Assembly: GCA_049586675.1 (NCBI GenBank)
Contig: JBAVCL010000033.1
Location: 15,336-79,335, forward strand
Length of the DNA stretch: 64,000 bases
Origin: Dehalococcoidia bacterium
GTDB lineage: Bacteria > Chloroflexota > Dehalococcoidia > GIF9 > AB-539-J10
Direction of reading: 5' to 3'
How positions within the stretch are numbered: position 1 is the first letter of the stretch; each line of letters starts with the position of its first letter. The notes below the pieces were generated by a model, which saw nothing but the letters and a program-made list of their open reading frames with translations, did no database searches and was not told the DNA's origin. Below, piece after piece: positions 9,134-19,361 of this stretch. A program made the position numbers and the translations under genes.

Positions 9134-10090
9134 ATGGTACTGCCCAATAAACATTCGGAAGGGAAACAGTTGAATTTAAAGACAGTTACCTGGGGTGACC
9201 TAACCTGGGTTGACATTGTACAGCCGACAAAAGAGACAACAGACTATCTGGCAGAGCACTATAATTTTCACCCGATGGACCTTGAGGACTCCCTCAGTGT
9301 GAGACAGCTCTCCAAGATAGAGGAATACCCACAGTATCTGTTCATAGTCTTCCACTTTCAAGTATACGAGAAAATGACTCGGGTGAGTACAAGAAAACAA
9401 TGGTCAGCGTTCGTCGGCAATACATTTCTCATTACACTTCATCCTGTAGAGCTTAAAATAATTGATGATATGTTTCGTGAGTGTGAGCTTACTGAGGAGA
9501 TCCGCCAGGAGTATTTAAGCCGAGGCTCTGGGTATCTGCTATATCAAATTCTTGACCGATTATTGGACGCTTACTTCCCGGTTTTGGACAAAATCGCAAG
9601 CTCACTATCCGATATTGAGGACAATGTCTTCAGTGAAGAGGCTGAGGCAGCCGAGGAGTTGAGTATTTTACGGCGGGACATCATTACGCAGCGGCAAATC
9701 ATGTTCCCGACACGCACACTCTTGGTAGAGCTAGAAAACAAGCTCAAGCGCTTCACTAAAATAGATTTGACCGTCTATTACAGCGATCTCATGGACCATA
9801 TGAACAAGATATGTGAGAGCTTGGATGAAAGTAGAGAAGTTATTGAAGTATTTAAAGATGCCGATTTTATTCTGAGTAGCTATCGTGCCAATCACGGCAT
9901 TCGCATCTTGGCTATCATGCTTACCGTCGTCTTGCCTCTTTCAGTCGTTTTCGGTCTTTATGGCATATATGTAATACTACACGAGGGCATAGCTAAAAGC
10001 AGTCCCCAGACCTTCTTCTTGTTACTGGCAGTTGTTTTTATCATAATTGGGACGATGCTATATTTCTTCCGTCGCAGACATTTGATATAG
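9134..10090 (+). CDS. CorA-family divalent cation channel homologue with non-canonical GIY in place of the GMN signature
   Basis: 318 aa. C-terminal two-TM topology VLPLSVVFGLYGIYV…TFFLLLAVVFIIIGTMLYFFRRRHLI aligns to the CorA FLPLTFITGIYGMNF…KKK pattern. TAG stop. Confidence 0.8.
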   Translation: MVLPNKHSEGKQLNLKTVTWGDLTWVDIVQPTKETTDYLAEHYNFHPMDLEDSLSVRQLSKIEEYPQYLFIVFHFQVYEKMTRVSTRKQWSAFVGNTFLITLHPVELKIIDDMFRECELTEEIRQEYLSRGSGYLLYQILDRLLDAYFPVLDKIASSLSDIEDNVFSEEAEAAEELSILRRDIITQRQIMFPTRTLLVELENKLKRFTKIDLTVYYSDLMDHMNKICESLDESREVIEVFKDADFILSSYRANHGIRILAIMLTVVLPLSVVFGLYGIYVILHEGIAKSSPQTFFLLLAVVFIIIGTMLYFFRRRHLI

Positions 10091-10118
10091 AGCCAGATGC
10101 CATTTTTGTAGTGCTACC

Positions 10119-12806
10119 TCATTGATTCTTCATAGCCGCGTATCTTCGATAGAACCATATTTTCATAAGTTCTACTAATCCCAGATAAGCGACAATGAAT
10201 GCTGCTAGTATTAGCAGGAACTTTGGCGGCAATGCCACGAAACTAAAAAAGTTGCCGACAAAAGTAAATGGCAGTACCAAAGCAAGGCTAAGAATCACTG
10301 CGATATTCAACAGTAAAAGCTTGCTTGGCTTGCTCCGGTAGAAGGGTGTTTTCTTGGTTCTTATGGCAAATATAACCAATGTCTGCGTGAATAATGATTC
10401 AATAAACCACGCGGTCTGGAACAACGGTGCCGATGCCTTAAACACAAAGAGCATGACAAAAAAGGTCAGAAAATCGAAGATTGAGCTGACAGGCCCAAAG
10501 GCAACCATGAAGTTCCGGATAAAGGAAGCTTGCAATCTTTGTGGCTGTTGGATGTATGTCTGGTCAACATTGTCAGTCGGTAGAGTTAGTTGAGCGAAAT
10601 CATACAGGAGATTGTTTAGCAGTATCTGTATTGGTAACATAGGGAAAAATTTCAAAAACCCAGACACCGCAGCCGCGCTGAACATATTGCCAAAATTGGA
10701 ACTGATCGCCATCATAATGTACTTCATGGTGTTACCAAAGGTCTTCCTACCTTCGAACACCCCATCACTGATTACTTTCAGGTCATTACGTAAGAGTACA
10801 ATATCAGCAGATTCCTTGGCGATGTCCACAGCATTGGTGACAGATATGCTGACATCAGCCACCTTCATTGAAGGTGTGTCATTGATACCATCACCAATAA
10901 AACCAACAACATGTCCGTTAGCCTTGAGAGCGTTCATTATCCGGTTCTTTTGCGCCGGGTTGACTCGGCAGAAGACATCGGCTCTCTCAACGACCCTGGC
11001 TAGGGCATCATCATTCATAGCTTCAATCTCACTGCTGGACACAATATTAGCGGGTTCAACTTCAATAGTACGCGTAACGTGCCCAACCGTATCGTCATAT
11101 TTCGTACCGCGACGGAATTGGTATACCTGAAAGCCCAGTTGCTGACAAATCTTGCCAGTAACAATTTCGTTATCTCCGGTTAAAACTTTGAGCTTTACTC
11201 CAGCTTGTCTCAACAGCTCCAGAGATTCCCCAGCAGTTTCCTTAAGCGGGTCCGTAAAAGCGATGAAACCAAGAAAGACCATATCGTTCTCGTCACTTAC
11301 GAAATAGGTCACTTTGCCCTCTCCCACCTTTCGGTAAGAGACGCCAAGAACTCGGAATCCCTGATAGCTTAAATCATGGTACTTCCGTTCAATCTTACTT
11401 TTGACCTCGTTCGTCAAGTCATGTATTTCCCCATCAAATTCGTAGTGCGAAATAACCTTGGCAATTTCTTCTGGAGATCCCTTGGTAATAAGTAGGGTCT
11501 CCTCATTCCCCTTGACCACAACGGAAAGTCGCCTCCGAACGAAATCAAATGGGATTTCATCAATCTTTTGGTAGTTGTCGGTATTAACTTCCTCGTGCTT
11601 TAGTATAGCGTCATCTAGCGGGCTTCTCAGCCCGGTTTGGTAGCGGCTATTCAGAAGCGAATAAAGGAATACCTTCTCTGAATCCTTACCTTCCATATCT
11701 ACATGTAGTATTACAGTGACTCTATTCTCAGTTAGGGTACCGGTCTTGTCGGCGCATAAGACATCCATGCTGCCAAAATTCTGGATTGAGGCTGGACGCT
11801 TTACGATAACGCCTTTCCTTGACATGGCAGCAGCGCCTCTAGCAAGGTTTATGGAGAGAATCATCGGTAATAGCTCTGGCGTTAGCCCCACGGCCAAGGC
11901 AACGGCAAACAGGAGTGAATCCAATAGAGGTGACTCCGATACACTGCGTTTAAAAAAGGCATTGATGAAAAACACGAATATGACAAGGACAAAGGTTACC
12001 TGCATGATGAGAAAACCAAACCTCCTCAGCCCCCTTTCAAACTCGGTCTCAGGCTTTTTCTCAACACTCTTCCTAGCAATTTCTCCATATTGAGTAGAGC
12101 TGCCAGTCTTGGTAATAACTGCCGTAGCTGTGCCATTAGTTACCGACGTCCCCATAAACAAGTAGTTGTTCCACCTACCTGAATCAGCGATATCAGCGCT
12201 AGTAACCGACTCCGCGGTCTTCTCTACGGGAAAGGATTCTCCTGTTAAAGCAGCCTGGTCAACAAAGAAATCCCTGGCGCTGATTACCCTAGCATCGGCC
12301 GGGACGATATCCCCCGCCGAAAGGGCGATTACATCACCGGGAACTAGCTCCGAAATCTCGATATCCTGCTTAGTACCATTTCTAAAAGTAGTAGCCGTGG
12401 TAGCCACCCTTCTTCGCAATGCCTCGGCAGCCCTTTCCGCTCGGTATTCCTGGGTAAAGTCGAGAATCACACTAACCAAAACTATGGAAAGGATAATTAG
12501 GGCATTTACAAACTCTCCCGAAACGCCCGACACGATAGCGGCGATTATTAGTATTATGACCAGCGGACTCCTAAAGTGCGAAAGAAACTCAATGACGATT
12601 GAGCGTCTCTCTCTTTTGGCAATCTCATTGGCGCCGTAAGTCTCCAGACGCCTTTCTACTTCTTCAGTGGAAAACCCTGTTGCTGAGGTACCTAGCCGGT
12701 TCAAAACCTCACTGCAGGGCAGAGATATAATCTCCTCAGCACTTATCAGGTCTGCACCGCTCAGTAGCGTTTTCTTATTTTGTTTACTGATTTGTTTGCT
12801 GAACAT
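10119..12806 (-). CDS. mgtA: Mg2+-importing P-type ATPase (MgtA/MgtB type, P-IIIB)
   Basis: 895 aa. CADKTGTLT phosphorylation motif. N-terminal …LETYGANEI. C-terminal 10-TM region. Convergent with the CorA-like gene (29-nt gap). Confidence 0.9.
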   Translation of the reverse strand: MFSKQISKQNKKTLLSGADLISAEEIISLPCSEVLNRLGTSATGFSTEEVERRLETYGANEIAKRERRSIVIEFLSHFRSPLVIILIIAAIVSGVSGEFVNALIILSIVLVSVILDFTQEYRAERAAEALRRRVATTATTFRNGTKQDIEISELVPGDVIALSAGDIVPADARVISARDFFVDQAALTGESFPVEKTAESVTSADIADSGRWNNYLFMGTSVTNGTATAVITKTGSSTQYGEIARKSVEKKPETEFERGLRRFGFLIMQVTFVLVIFVFFINAFFKRSVSESPLLDSLLFAVALAVGLTPELLPMILSINLARGAAAMSRKGVIVKRPASIQNFGSMDVLCADKTGTLTENRVTVILHVDMEGKDSEKVFLYSLLNSRYQTGLRSPLDDAILKHEEVNTDNYQKIDEIPFDFVRRRLSVVVKGNEETLLITKGSPEEIAKVISHYEFDGEIHDLTNEVKSKIERKYHDLSYQGFRVLGVSYRKVGEGKVTYFVSDENDMVFLGFIAFTDPLKETAGESLELLRQAGVKLKVLTGDNEIVTGKICQQLGFQVYQFRRGTKYDDTVGHVTRTIEVEPANIVSSSEIEAMNDDALARVVERADVFCRVNPAQKNRIMNALKANGHVVGFIGDGINDTPSMKVADVSISVTNAVDIAKESADIVLLRNDLKVISDGVFEGRKTFGNTMKYIMMAISSNFGNMFSAAAVSGFLKFFPMLPIQILLNNLLYDFAQLTLPTDNVDQTYIQQPQRLQASFIRNFMVAFGPVSSIFDFLTFFVMLFVFKASAPLFQTAWFIESLFTQTLVIFAIRTKKTPFYRSKPSKLLLLNIAVILSLALVLPFTFVGNFFSFVALPPKFLLILAAFIVAYLGLVELMKIWFYRRYAAMKNQ

Positions 12807-13298
12807 TAACCCAAGCCTCTTTGAAGTCGAAGGTATTATTTACCAATAGTTTAATCCAGTCATTATGCTGGGACAACTCCCTCCGTAATACTGATTAACC
12901 GAGGAGTCATTTGAAAATATGCTCCTATCATACTTCAGAAAGGCTTCTTAATACAGTAGACTACAGGGCAAGTTTCGAGTAAGAAACCAATAGCCATCGC
13001 AGGGTTGGATATAGCTGCTTCTTCTCAAAGAAAAATTCAGGTGCTGTTCCAAAAGGTCATCTACTATATAAGGTAATAGAATTATCCGATTGAATTGTCA
13101 GAAATTGCATATTCTGGGCTATTGTTCAGTTAGGTAACAAGACGCCAAATCGTGCAGCGGCCAAGCTTCTCGAGCGTCAAAGGAAGCCATCTCAGTATTC
13201 TTTGAGTGCCTGAATCTCCATTGAGAACTCCCAACAGACTGGAAGAAAGTCCTCAAGTCTGTTCACATTTGTCTGCGGAGATATTTACAAAAGCGAAG

Positions 13299-13886
13299 CT
13301 AACTAACATTGGCCAGCCCCATTAGCAAGGGGGTAACAAAGACCTCTATGATGGCGGCAACGGCAAGACCAGGAAGAATCCACCTCATGTAAATTCTAAG
13401 GCAATCTAACAACTGTAATTTGACTCGGCTCTCTCTTCGTACTAGCCACTTAAGTGATTCCATACCTACCGTGAGACCCAAAGCAGTGGCTAGCAAGATC
13501 ATTGGAATCTCGATCACACCATGTGGTACTAGGCTAGCTATAACATATCTCCATCCCTTGACTGATTCAAGCGCGGAGCCGAAGCCTCCAAGGATAAAGC
13601 CGTTTAGGCCTATAAAAAGTAGAGGTGGTATTCCCAGTAAGATACCTAAGAAAACTAGCCCGAGAGCCTTGATTGCGTTGTTGATGAATATTGCTAAGAA
13701 CAATAGGATAGACAGGTTACCCGTCGATGCCAAGGGCCCTAGTATACCGCCGAACTGTCTCATAAGTTCTTCAGCGGTATTCTGACCAATAAGCGTACCT
13801 AATACAAGACTAACAAAAAATATGCTGGTCGCCAATACAAGATTGTGAATGAACACCTTTTGTCTGATTATTTGAGTCAGCTGCAT
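13299..13886 (-). CDS. DUF95/SpoIIM-family integral membrane protein
   Basis: 195 aa, about 6 TM. Gly-rich helices (GLNGFILGGFG, PHGVIEIP) typical of the family. Family assignment is from memory and not verified. Confidence 0.5.
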   Translation of the reverse strand: MQLTQIIRQKVFIHNLVLATSIFFVSLVLGTLIGQNTAEELMRQFGGILGPLASTGNLSILLFLAIFINNAIKALGLVFLGILLGIPPLLFIGLNGFILGGFGSALESVKGWRYVIASLVPHGVIEIPMILLATALGLTVGMESLKWLVRRESRVKLQLLDCLRIYMRWILPGLAVAAIIEVFVTPLLMGLANVS

Positions 13887-14104
13887 AACTCACTCTGAAG
13901 CTAAGCAGTCATTGTATCAAACCTTACTGATTTCGCCAAAATCATAAAATGGCTTGTTGTGTAACGCACATTTGTCAATCATGTTGATGTTCGTGGTCTA
14001 GGCCCCTAGGAGGTTCATGGGTAGTATAAATTTTAACGACTAAGGGCGGCTCGACGTGCCACAGGGTTATCCACAGCCAGGGTAAGATCCGACTCCATTG
14101 GCCG

Positions 14105-14942
14105 TCAATAATCTACCGCTTGATCAATGGGAACCAGGTTGCCAAGAAACTCGGCAATGGTACGCAGCACGGAATCCAGGTCGCCGAGCCAAGGAAAGTG
14201 GTCTCTTCCTTCTAGTGGGACGAAGCGGGCGTTTGGTATCAAAGATGCCAGTCCTCTACCCAATCGGAATGGTATAGCCCGATCTTGCTGACGATGGAGC
14301 ACCAGTGTCGGAACCCGGAGATTGGGAAGGAGCTGCACCACATCAGCTTTGAATGTGAGGTCTAGTAGTTTGGCAGCTATCTCCGGGGTGGCGCACTCAC
14401 GCTGGAACTCTGCCCCAACTTTAGTGGTAGTGGCATCGGCACCAGGTGCAAAAATGTCATCCAGCACCTTTGAACTACCTCCCCAGTGAGCGCGGACTAG
14501 GGAAATTAAAGAGGCCTTGAACTTCTCCGTGCTGATTGCTTCACCACGGGCACAGGTACCGTGGAGGATTAGGTGGCTGACCCGCCGGGGATAATTGGCG
14601 GCATAGGCTATAGCAACAGAACCAGCCCCAGAGTAGCCAAGTAGTGCCAGATGCTTCAGTTTGAGGTGGTCAATAACTGTTTCTAGGTCCCGAAGTTCTG
14701 AATCCAGCGAGAATTCTGTCCGGTTATGGTCGGAAAGGCCCGTTCCGGGCCGGTCGTAGCACACCAGGGTGTGGTTGTTGGCTAATCCTTTCACAAAAAC
14801 GACGGTATGCCGGTTGTTGCCAACTCAACTTTTGATGGCTCACCCATGGTGGCGGCACAACCAAGGCAAACCCCTGACTCACAGTAGAATAAGCGAGACG
14901 CAAACCATCCGTGGCGATGCAAAAACGAATCTGTTGCTCCAA
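14105..14942 (-). pseudogene. Alpha/beta-hydrolase-fold protein disrupted by a frameshift
   Basis: N-terminal piece 14724..14942 (…DGLRLAYSTVSQGFALVVPPPWVSHQKLSWQQ…). C-terminal piece 14105..14794 (…VCYDRPGTGLSD…LLGYSGAGSVA = GxSxG nucleophile elbow) in another frame. Frames meet at the A5 run 14794..14798. Confidence 0.6.
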
Positions 14943-15724
14943 AATTGAAACCTCATCCTCGAATTCCGCAAATCTACCAGTGAATCTATGTTAAGCCCTT
15001 GCAACCTAGCTGTCAAGCTTACTACACACCTCAGGTCCGTCGAATGAGCTGAACCCTGTGGACTGCGGCATTTAACAAATTGATGGAATGTGTAGGTGAC
15101 AGTAGGACTAAGATTATTTTTGTTAACGTCGCAAGGTTACCCACTACGAAAGGGCTCGTAGACACACCACCGGTTCTTGTGCTAGAAGCCTCCGCAGGAT
15201 TGACATGTCAGGTAGTCCCAACACTTCAGCTATTGTTGCATCTATCGCCTGGCGGACAGGATCACTTGCCATCTGTGGAAAAGGAAGTAACGCTTGGTTA
15301 CTTCCAAGATGCTATAGAGGGGCCTGACTTGAGGAAGAAACAGTTGACCTGGCAACACCTGAGAAGACTAATAGCTGAGAGTCCACTCGACGAGCTATCT
15401 TATTATCCCTCCACACATGCCTTTAGTAGTGGAACTGCTTCACCACACGAAAACTCAGGTTGTGACATTTATTTTCCATGAAAAAAGAATGCTCTTCTTA
15501 CTCTTAGGTGCATGTCGATATCCCGAAGATATGAAAACAATACACCTATACCGTTTAGCTTCAAATTAACGGCTAATACAACCATGTAAACATCTCTAAG
15601 TTCGTTCGATCCCGCTTAAGTTGAGTTACAAAACTAGCTATCTTAAGGGAATCAAGGGTGTTGAAATTCTGTCCCTTAGGATTTATTATCCTGGTTAAAT
15701 GCGCATCATAGTTAAAGAGGAAAA

Positions 15725-16603
15725 ATGAACTTCGAATCATTATCTGCTACAAAGATAGATGCGGGCAAGAGAAAATCCTCTCAGCTTACTTCTGCAGTTA
15801 AATCCACCGTTTTGTTATTCTTGATATTGTTCCCATTGTCCTTCCTTCACCTCATCGTGCATGAAGGTGGTCATACCTTGGTAAATCTGATCTATAGAAT
15901 CCCTAATACAAGTATCTATGTCCATCCATTCTCTTTTTCCGGATATACCCGACCGATCTTCGATATGGGCAATGCTTGAGTTCATGTTTCAGGACCAATC
16001 GTGGGAGTCTTGCTGCCTCTCGTCATTTTCATACCCTTGTGGAAACGCCGATCTAGTGCCAATCTGTTTTTGGTAATACTCTTCCCTTGGAATGTGTTTT
16101 GGGAGGGGCTTAACATCTTGGGTATTTTTATGCGGAACGGTGACTACTACAATCTGATTCAGGTCACAGGGCTGCAGTTGAGCCTTTTTGTGATAATCGG
16201 TATCATCCTTTTGGTCATCGGTATATTCTTTACTATTTCATTCTTCCCGCTACTCGGTTTAAAGCCTGAGAATCGTAACACCATCTAGGTACTCCCGGTT
16301 GGCATGCTACTATGGGCTTTAGTTGGGTTTGGAATCGCGCATTGGATTGTGTCTGGTTCGCCGATAGATGTGCAATATCATTTGGCCACTGAGATCATTC
16401 AGGTTGCGAACTTCTGGCTTCCCATGATGGTGGCGATTGGGATAGTGCTCGCTTTAATTTATGTCACACTCTACCGGGGTGTCTACCGGAAACTTCCCGC
16501 CAGTTTGCGCACGGAAACGAAGGAGTTGGCTTGGCGCGACCTGCGCTGGCCGGCTGTATGTAGCGCGGTCAGCGTTGCGATAGGGTTAATTGTCATCCAG
16601 TAA
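15725..16603 (+). pseudogene. Polytopic membrane HExxH (putative intramembrane zinc-peptidase-like) protein interrupted by in-frame TGA (15977..15979) and TAG (16286..16288)
   Basis: Three track ORFs (15725, 16001, 16304) share one frame. The bridging codons read …FDMGNA*VHVSGPIVGVLLPL… and …ENRNTI*VLPVGMLLWAL…. HEGGH lies in a hydrophobic helix. Every segment is TM-rich. Confidence 0.5.
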
Positions 16604-16805
16604 AGCAAAGCGGTAGAAGAGTATGTCTACGCCCTTACCAGTGCATACTCCCTGCCTTTGATATAGCTATACCTACAATGGAATAGTGATGCCCATGTTG
16701 TTGAGGCGAAACTTCTATCGAGCTAATATAACAATATTGAACCTATTGATATAATAACCCAGCTCCATAATAGCGAGCTATTTTATCCTTGCAGGTGAGA
16801 ATGAA

Positions 16806-17210
16806 ATGACGGAAAAGTCCGGCTGGAAGGCTCTCCGCATTGGACTGGAGATGGGACCACTGGAAATAGTCCTCGATAATAATACAGTTAAAGAAAGGAC
16901 TGAGCTTGTTCAGTGGGAGACACAGGAACAGTTAGAAAAACTCGGATTTACTCCTCCCGGTATTACAATTGGATATCATGCTCAGATGAAGTTTGCGGCT
17001 TTGCCTGATTTACGTGCTTCTATCTGGGCTAAAAGCGAACATGAATTTCTCAAGCCAATGAAAGTCGGTAGCAAGGTATATATTAGGGGTAAGATTATTG
17101 AAAAATATGTGAAGCGGGACCGAAATTACGTTGTAGCTGATTATGAAACAATAGACGAAGATGGTGAGGTACTGATGAGAAGCCGTGAGACCGCCGTATA
17201 TGTCGAGTGA
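16806..17210 (+). CDS. Hotdog-fold protein (MaoC N-terminal-like partner subunit)
   Basis: 134 aa. Stop overlaps the next start (ATGA). Confidence 0.65.
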   Translation: MTEKSGWKALRIGLEMGPLEIVLDNNTVKERTELVQWETQEQLEKLGFTPPGITIGYHAQMKFAALPDLRASIWAKSEHEFLKPMKVGSKVYIRGKIIEKYVKRDRNYVVADYETIDEDGEVLMRSRETAVYVE

Positions 17211-17626
17211 GGGCTGAAGAAAAAATGGAGAAAATCACCAGAAGTCTAAAGGTTGGCGATGAAATTCCCATTTTAACCAAAACCGCCCATATGCCCATTG
17301 ACTCTAATGCAAGCAACGTTATCCATACTGATGAGTACGCTAGGGACTTTGGCATGCGTGGTGCTTTAATCGGGGGCTCAACTTTGCTTAGCTACTTATT
17401 AGAGATGCTATATAACTACTTCGGTCAGAATTGGTTCTACCATGGGAAAATAAATGTATCCTTCATCGGTGGTGGAGCAATTAACGGTGATATCGTCACC
17501 GCTCACGGGGTAATAAAAACGATAGAAAAAGAAGCAGATAGTAATAGGCTTACGCTTGATGTTTACTTAGAGAACCAAATGCAAGAAAAGATAGTCGTTG
17601 GCGAAGCCAGTTGCCTAAAATCGTAA
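17207..17626 (+). CDS. MaoC-like (R)-specific enoyl-CoA hydratase/dehydratase, hotdog fold
   Basis: 139 aa. …IHTDEYARDFGMRGALIGG… resembles the MaoC active-site region. Translationally coupled to 16806. Confidence 0.7.
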   Translation: MRAEEKMEKITRSLKVGDEIPILTKTAHMPIDSNASNVIHTDEYARDFGMRGALIGGSTLLSYLLEMLYNYFGQNWFYHGKINVSFIGGGAINGDIVTAHGVIKTIEKEADSNRLTLDVYLENQMQEKIVVGEASCLKS

Positions 17627-17758
17627 ATAAATTCAACTGTTCGGCTATTACACTTGGGATCAGTCTGCTATTCTTCGCACCTTGACACAATTGCCTGATA
17701 CACCTAAAGTGTTACTAACTGAGCTATGTCAGCAAATGTTGCCCAAGAGTAAGGAGGT

Positions 17759-18367
17759 GTGTCTTTGGAAGTTCTCGACGCAATAAGGAGACGCAGAAGC
17801 ATCAGAAACTATAAACCAGACCCGATTCCGAAAGACGTTCTAGACAAGCTGCTGGAAGCGCTAAGACTGGCTCCATCGGCCGGCAATCGTCAGCCCTACA
17901 AGTTCATTATCGTGATGGATGAGGAAACTAGAAAGAAACTAGCGGCCGCCTGTAGGTTCAATCCCGGGAGACTGAATGGTCAGGAGTTTATCTCTGAGGC
18001 GCCAGTGGTTATAGTGGCCTGCGGCTCAGTAAGAAAGGCCATTACTCGATACTACAAGGATGGGAATGTATTCCTGACGCTAGGAACAACCCCAGAAGAG
18101 ATTGATAAAGATCCTATTGAATATGACAACACAATGCCGATTGACCTGGCCATTGCTTTGGACCACCTTACCTTAGTTGCCGCTGCCGAAGGATTGGGTA
18201 CATGTTGGATTGGTGGGCTGGATGAGCTGGAGGTAAAAAGACTATTGTCTATACCGCATGATATGAGAGTGCCGGTTGTGATGCCTGTCGGCTATCCTGT
18301 TTCGTGGCCAGAACCAAGACCCAGAAAACCGCTCGAGAGACTTATATGCCATGATAAGTATCAATAG
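17759..18367 (+). CDS. Nitroreductase-family flavoprotein
   Basis: GTG start with AAGGAGG 8 nt upstream. N-terminal RRSIRNYKPDPIP…APSAGNRQPYKF signature. TAG stop. Confidence 0.85.
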   Translation: MSLEVLDAIRRRRSIRNYKPDPIPKDVLDKLLEALRLAPSAGNRQPYKFIIVMDEETRKKLAAACRFNPGRLNGQEFISEAPVVIVACGSVRKAITRYYKDGNVFLTLGTTPEEIDKDPIEYDNTMPIDLAIALDHLTLVAAAEGLGTCWIGGLDELEVKRLLSIPHDMRVPVVMPVGYPVSWPEPRPRKPLERLICHDKYQ

Positions 18368-18803
18368 CTATCCTTGGTCGATCTACTTGTGGCAACTAGT
18401 TCTGTCCTTGCATGAAGTTGGAATAATTTGATGGATTTACACTTACCATCGAAAAGTGACCCAGCAATTCTGACTTTTGTTACGCCCCACCATGGTTGAC
18501 GGGCAAGAAGCTATGAGATAGGTTTGAGTGGGGTGACTCGTAAGGGCAACCATACGCACATCAGGATATTCATCCCGATATTTGTTCAACAGTAACAAGA
18601 TAGCGGTTTGTTGTGCTTGTCACGAAAGCCAAATCCCTTCTCAAAAGTCGTTCCATGCTATTAACTGATAAAGCCTCACTCAATTCCCAAACTCCAAATA
18701 GGTCAGAGACAGGTATCTGAATATCAAGAAGCGGGTATACTCTTTGGATTGGGCGATGGACTAGCCTCAAATCACAACTGGGAAATTAGCGGTATTTTGG
18801 CGC

Positions 18804-18859
18804 TAAAATGCTTGGGATGAGTCGGGACATAACGGGACTTTACGAACAAAACGGGTTTT
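18804..18859 (+). repeat. 56-nt intergenic repeat, copy 1 (taaaatgcttgggatgagtcgggacataacgggactttacgaacaaaacgggtttt)
   Basis: About 85% identical to 19362..19417. Both on the plus strand in the spacer between the two nitroreductase paralogues. Confidence 0.55.
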
Positions 18860-19062
18860 TTAGCGATTGATACAAAAGTTCTATTTTATGCGTAAAGTGA
18901 CTATTTGAATTTTTAGCTTGGAATTACGAAACCGCTGCTCTACTACTATTCTGCAAGATTCATAAGTAAATCACCTTTGGGGACTTGCCAAACTTAGCTG
19001 ACGGGTAATTTAGTAATATCTTATTGCAAAATGCAAAATAGAGTTGAGAGCCCACTGGTGAG

Positions 19063-19195
19063 TTCATATGTACGCCTTTTCTGCCATTCAATTACGGTTC
19101 ACGCTGTGTTCATGTTATTACGATAAAATTGATTTGCACTGATAGGGGACTAGCTACAGGAGGAGAGAGATGTACCGTTCAAGTAAAGGAGCTCG
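19063..19195 (+). promoter_or_regulatory. Conserved leader/promoter module, copy B, driving a 44-aa small ORF
   Basis: Aligns with 4409..4540. TTCAAT…TGTTAT -35/-10-like hexamers. AGGAGG then ATG at 19170. Confidence 0.5.
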
Positions 19196-19304
19196 ATTAA
19201 TGAAAACAAAAACACTTAAATTGGTATTGCCACTGGTGTTGTATTGGCTTGGCATTTTCCTGCTCAACAATGTTCTTACCAAGCAACCGCTGCTTCGCCT
19301 ATGA
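19170..19304 (+). CDS. Small single-TM protein (44 aa): MYRSSKGARLMKTKTLKLVLPLVLYWLGIFLLNNVLTKQPLLRL
   Basis: Below the track's length cut-off. Strong RBS (AGGAGG, 7-nt spacer). Hydrophobic core. N-terminus MYRSS parallels MYVSS of the decayed copy at 4515. Confidence 0.45.
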   Translation: MYRSSKGARLMKTKTLKLVLPLVLYWLGIFLLNNVLTKQPLLRL

Positions 19305-19361
19305 TGATGATATGGGTACCGACCGGCCATTGTATGATGATTGGACAGTCAAAAATTGACG

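Noticed and set aside
10354-12849. Plus-strand ORFs inside mgtA (10354, 10612, 11716, 12166, 12667)
   Set aside because: Antisense to a highly conserved P-type ATPase. Low-complexity translations.
13128-13150. GTTAGGT... resembling the 5' end of an M-box riboswitch
   Set aside because: It lies on the plus strand, whereas mgtA is on the minus strand, and no downstream plus-strand gene exists. Probably coincidental.
5909-16603. Stop-codon reassignment (TAG or TGA decoded as an amino acid) as an explanation for the three in-frame stops
   Set aside because: TAG and TGA terminate many well-conserved genes in this window at their expected lengths (the CorA-like gene and both nitroreductases end in TAG; htpX and the M28 gene end in TGA). 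Extensions past those stops look non-coding. No pyl or sel machinery is visible.
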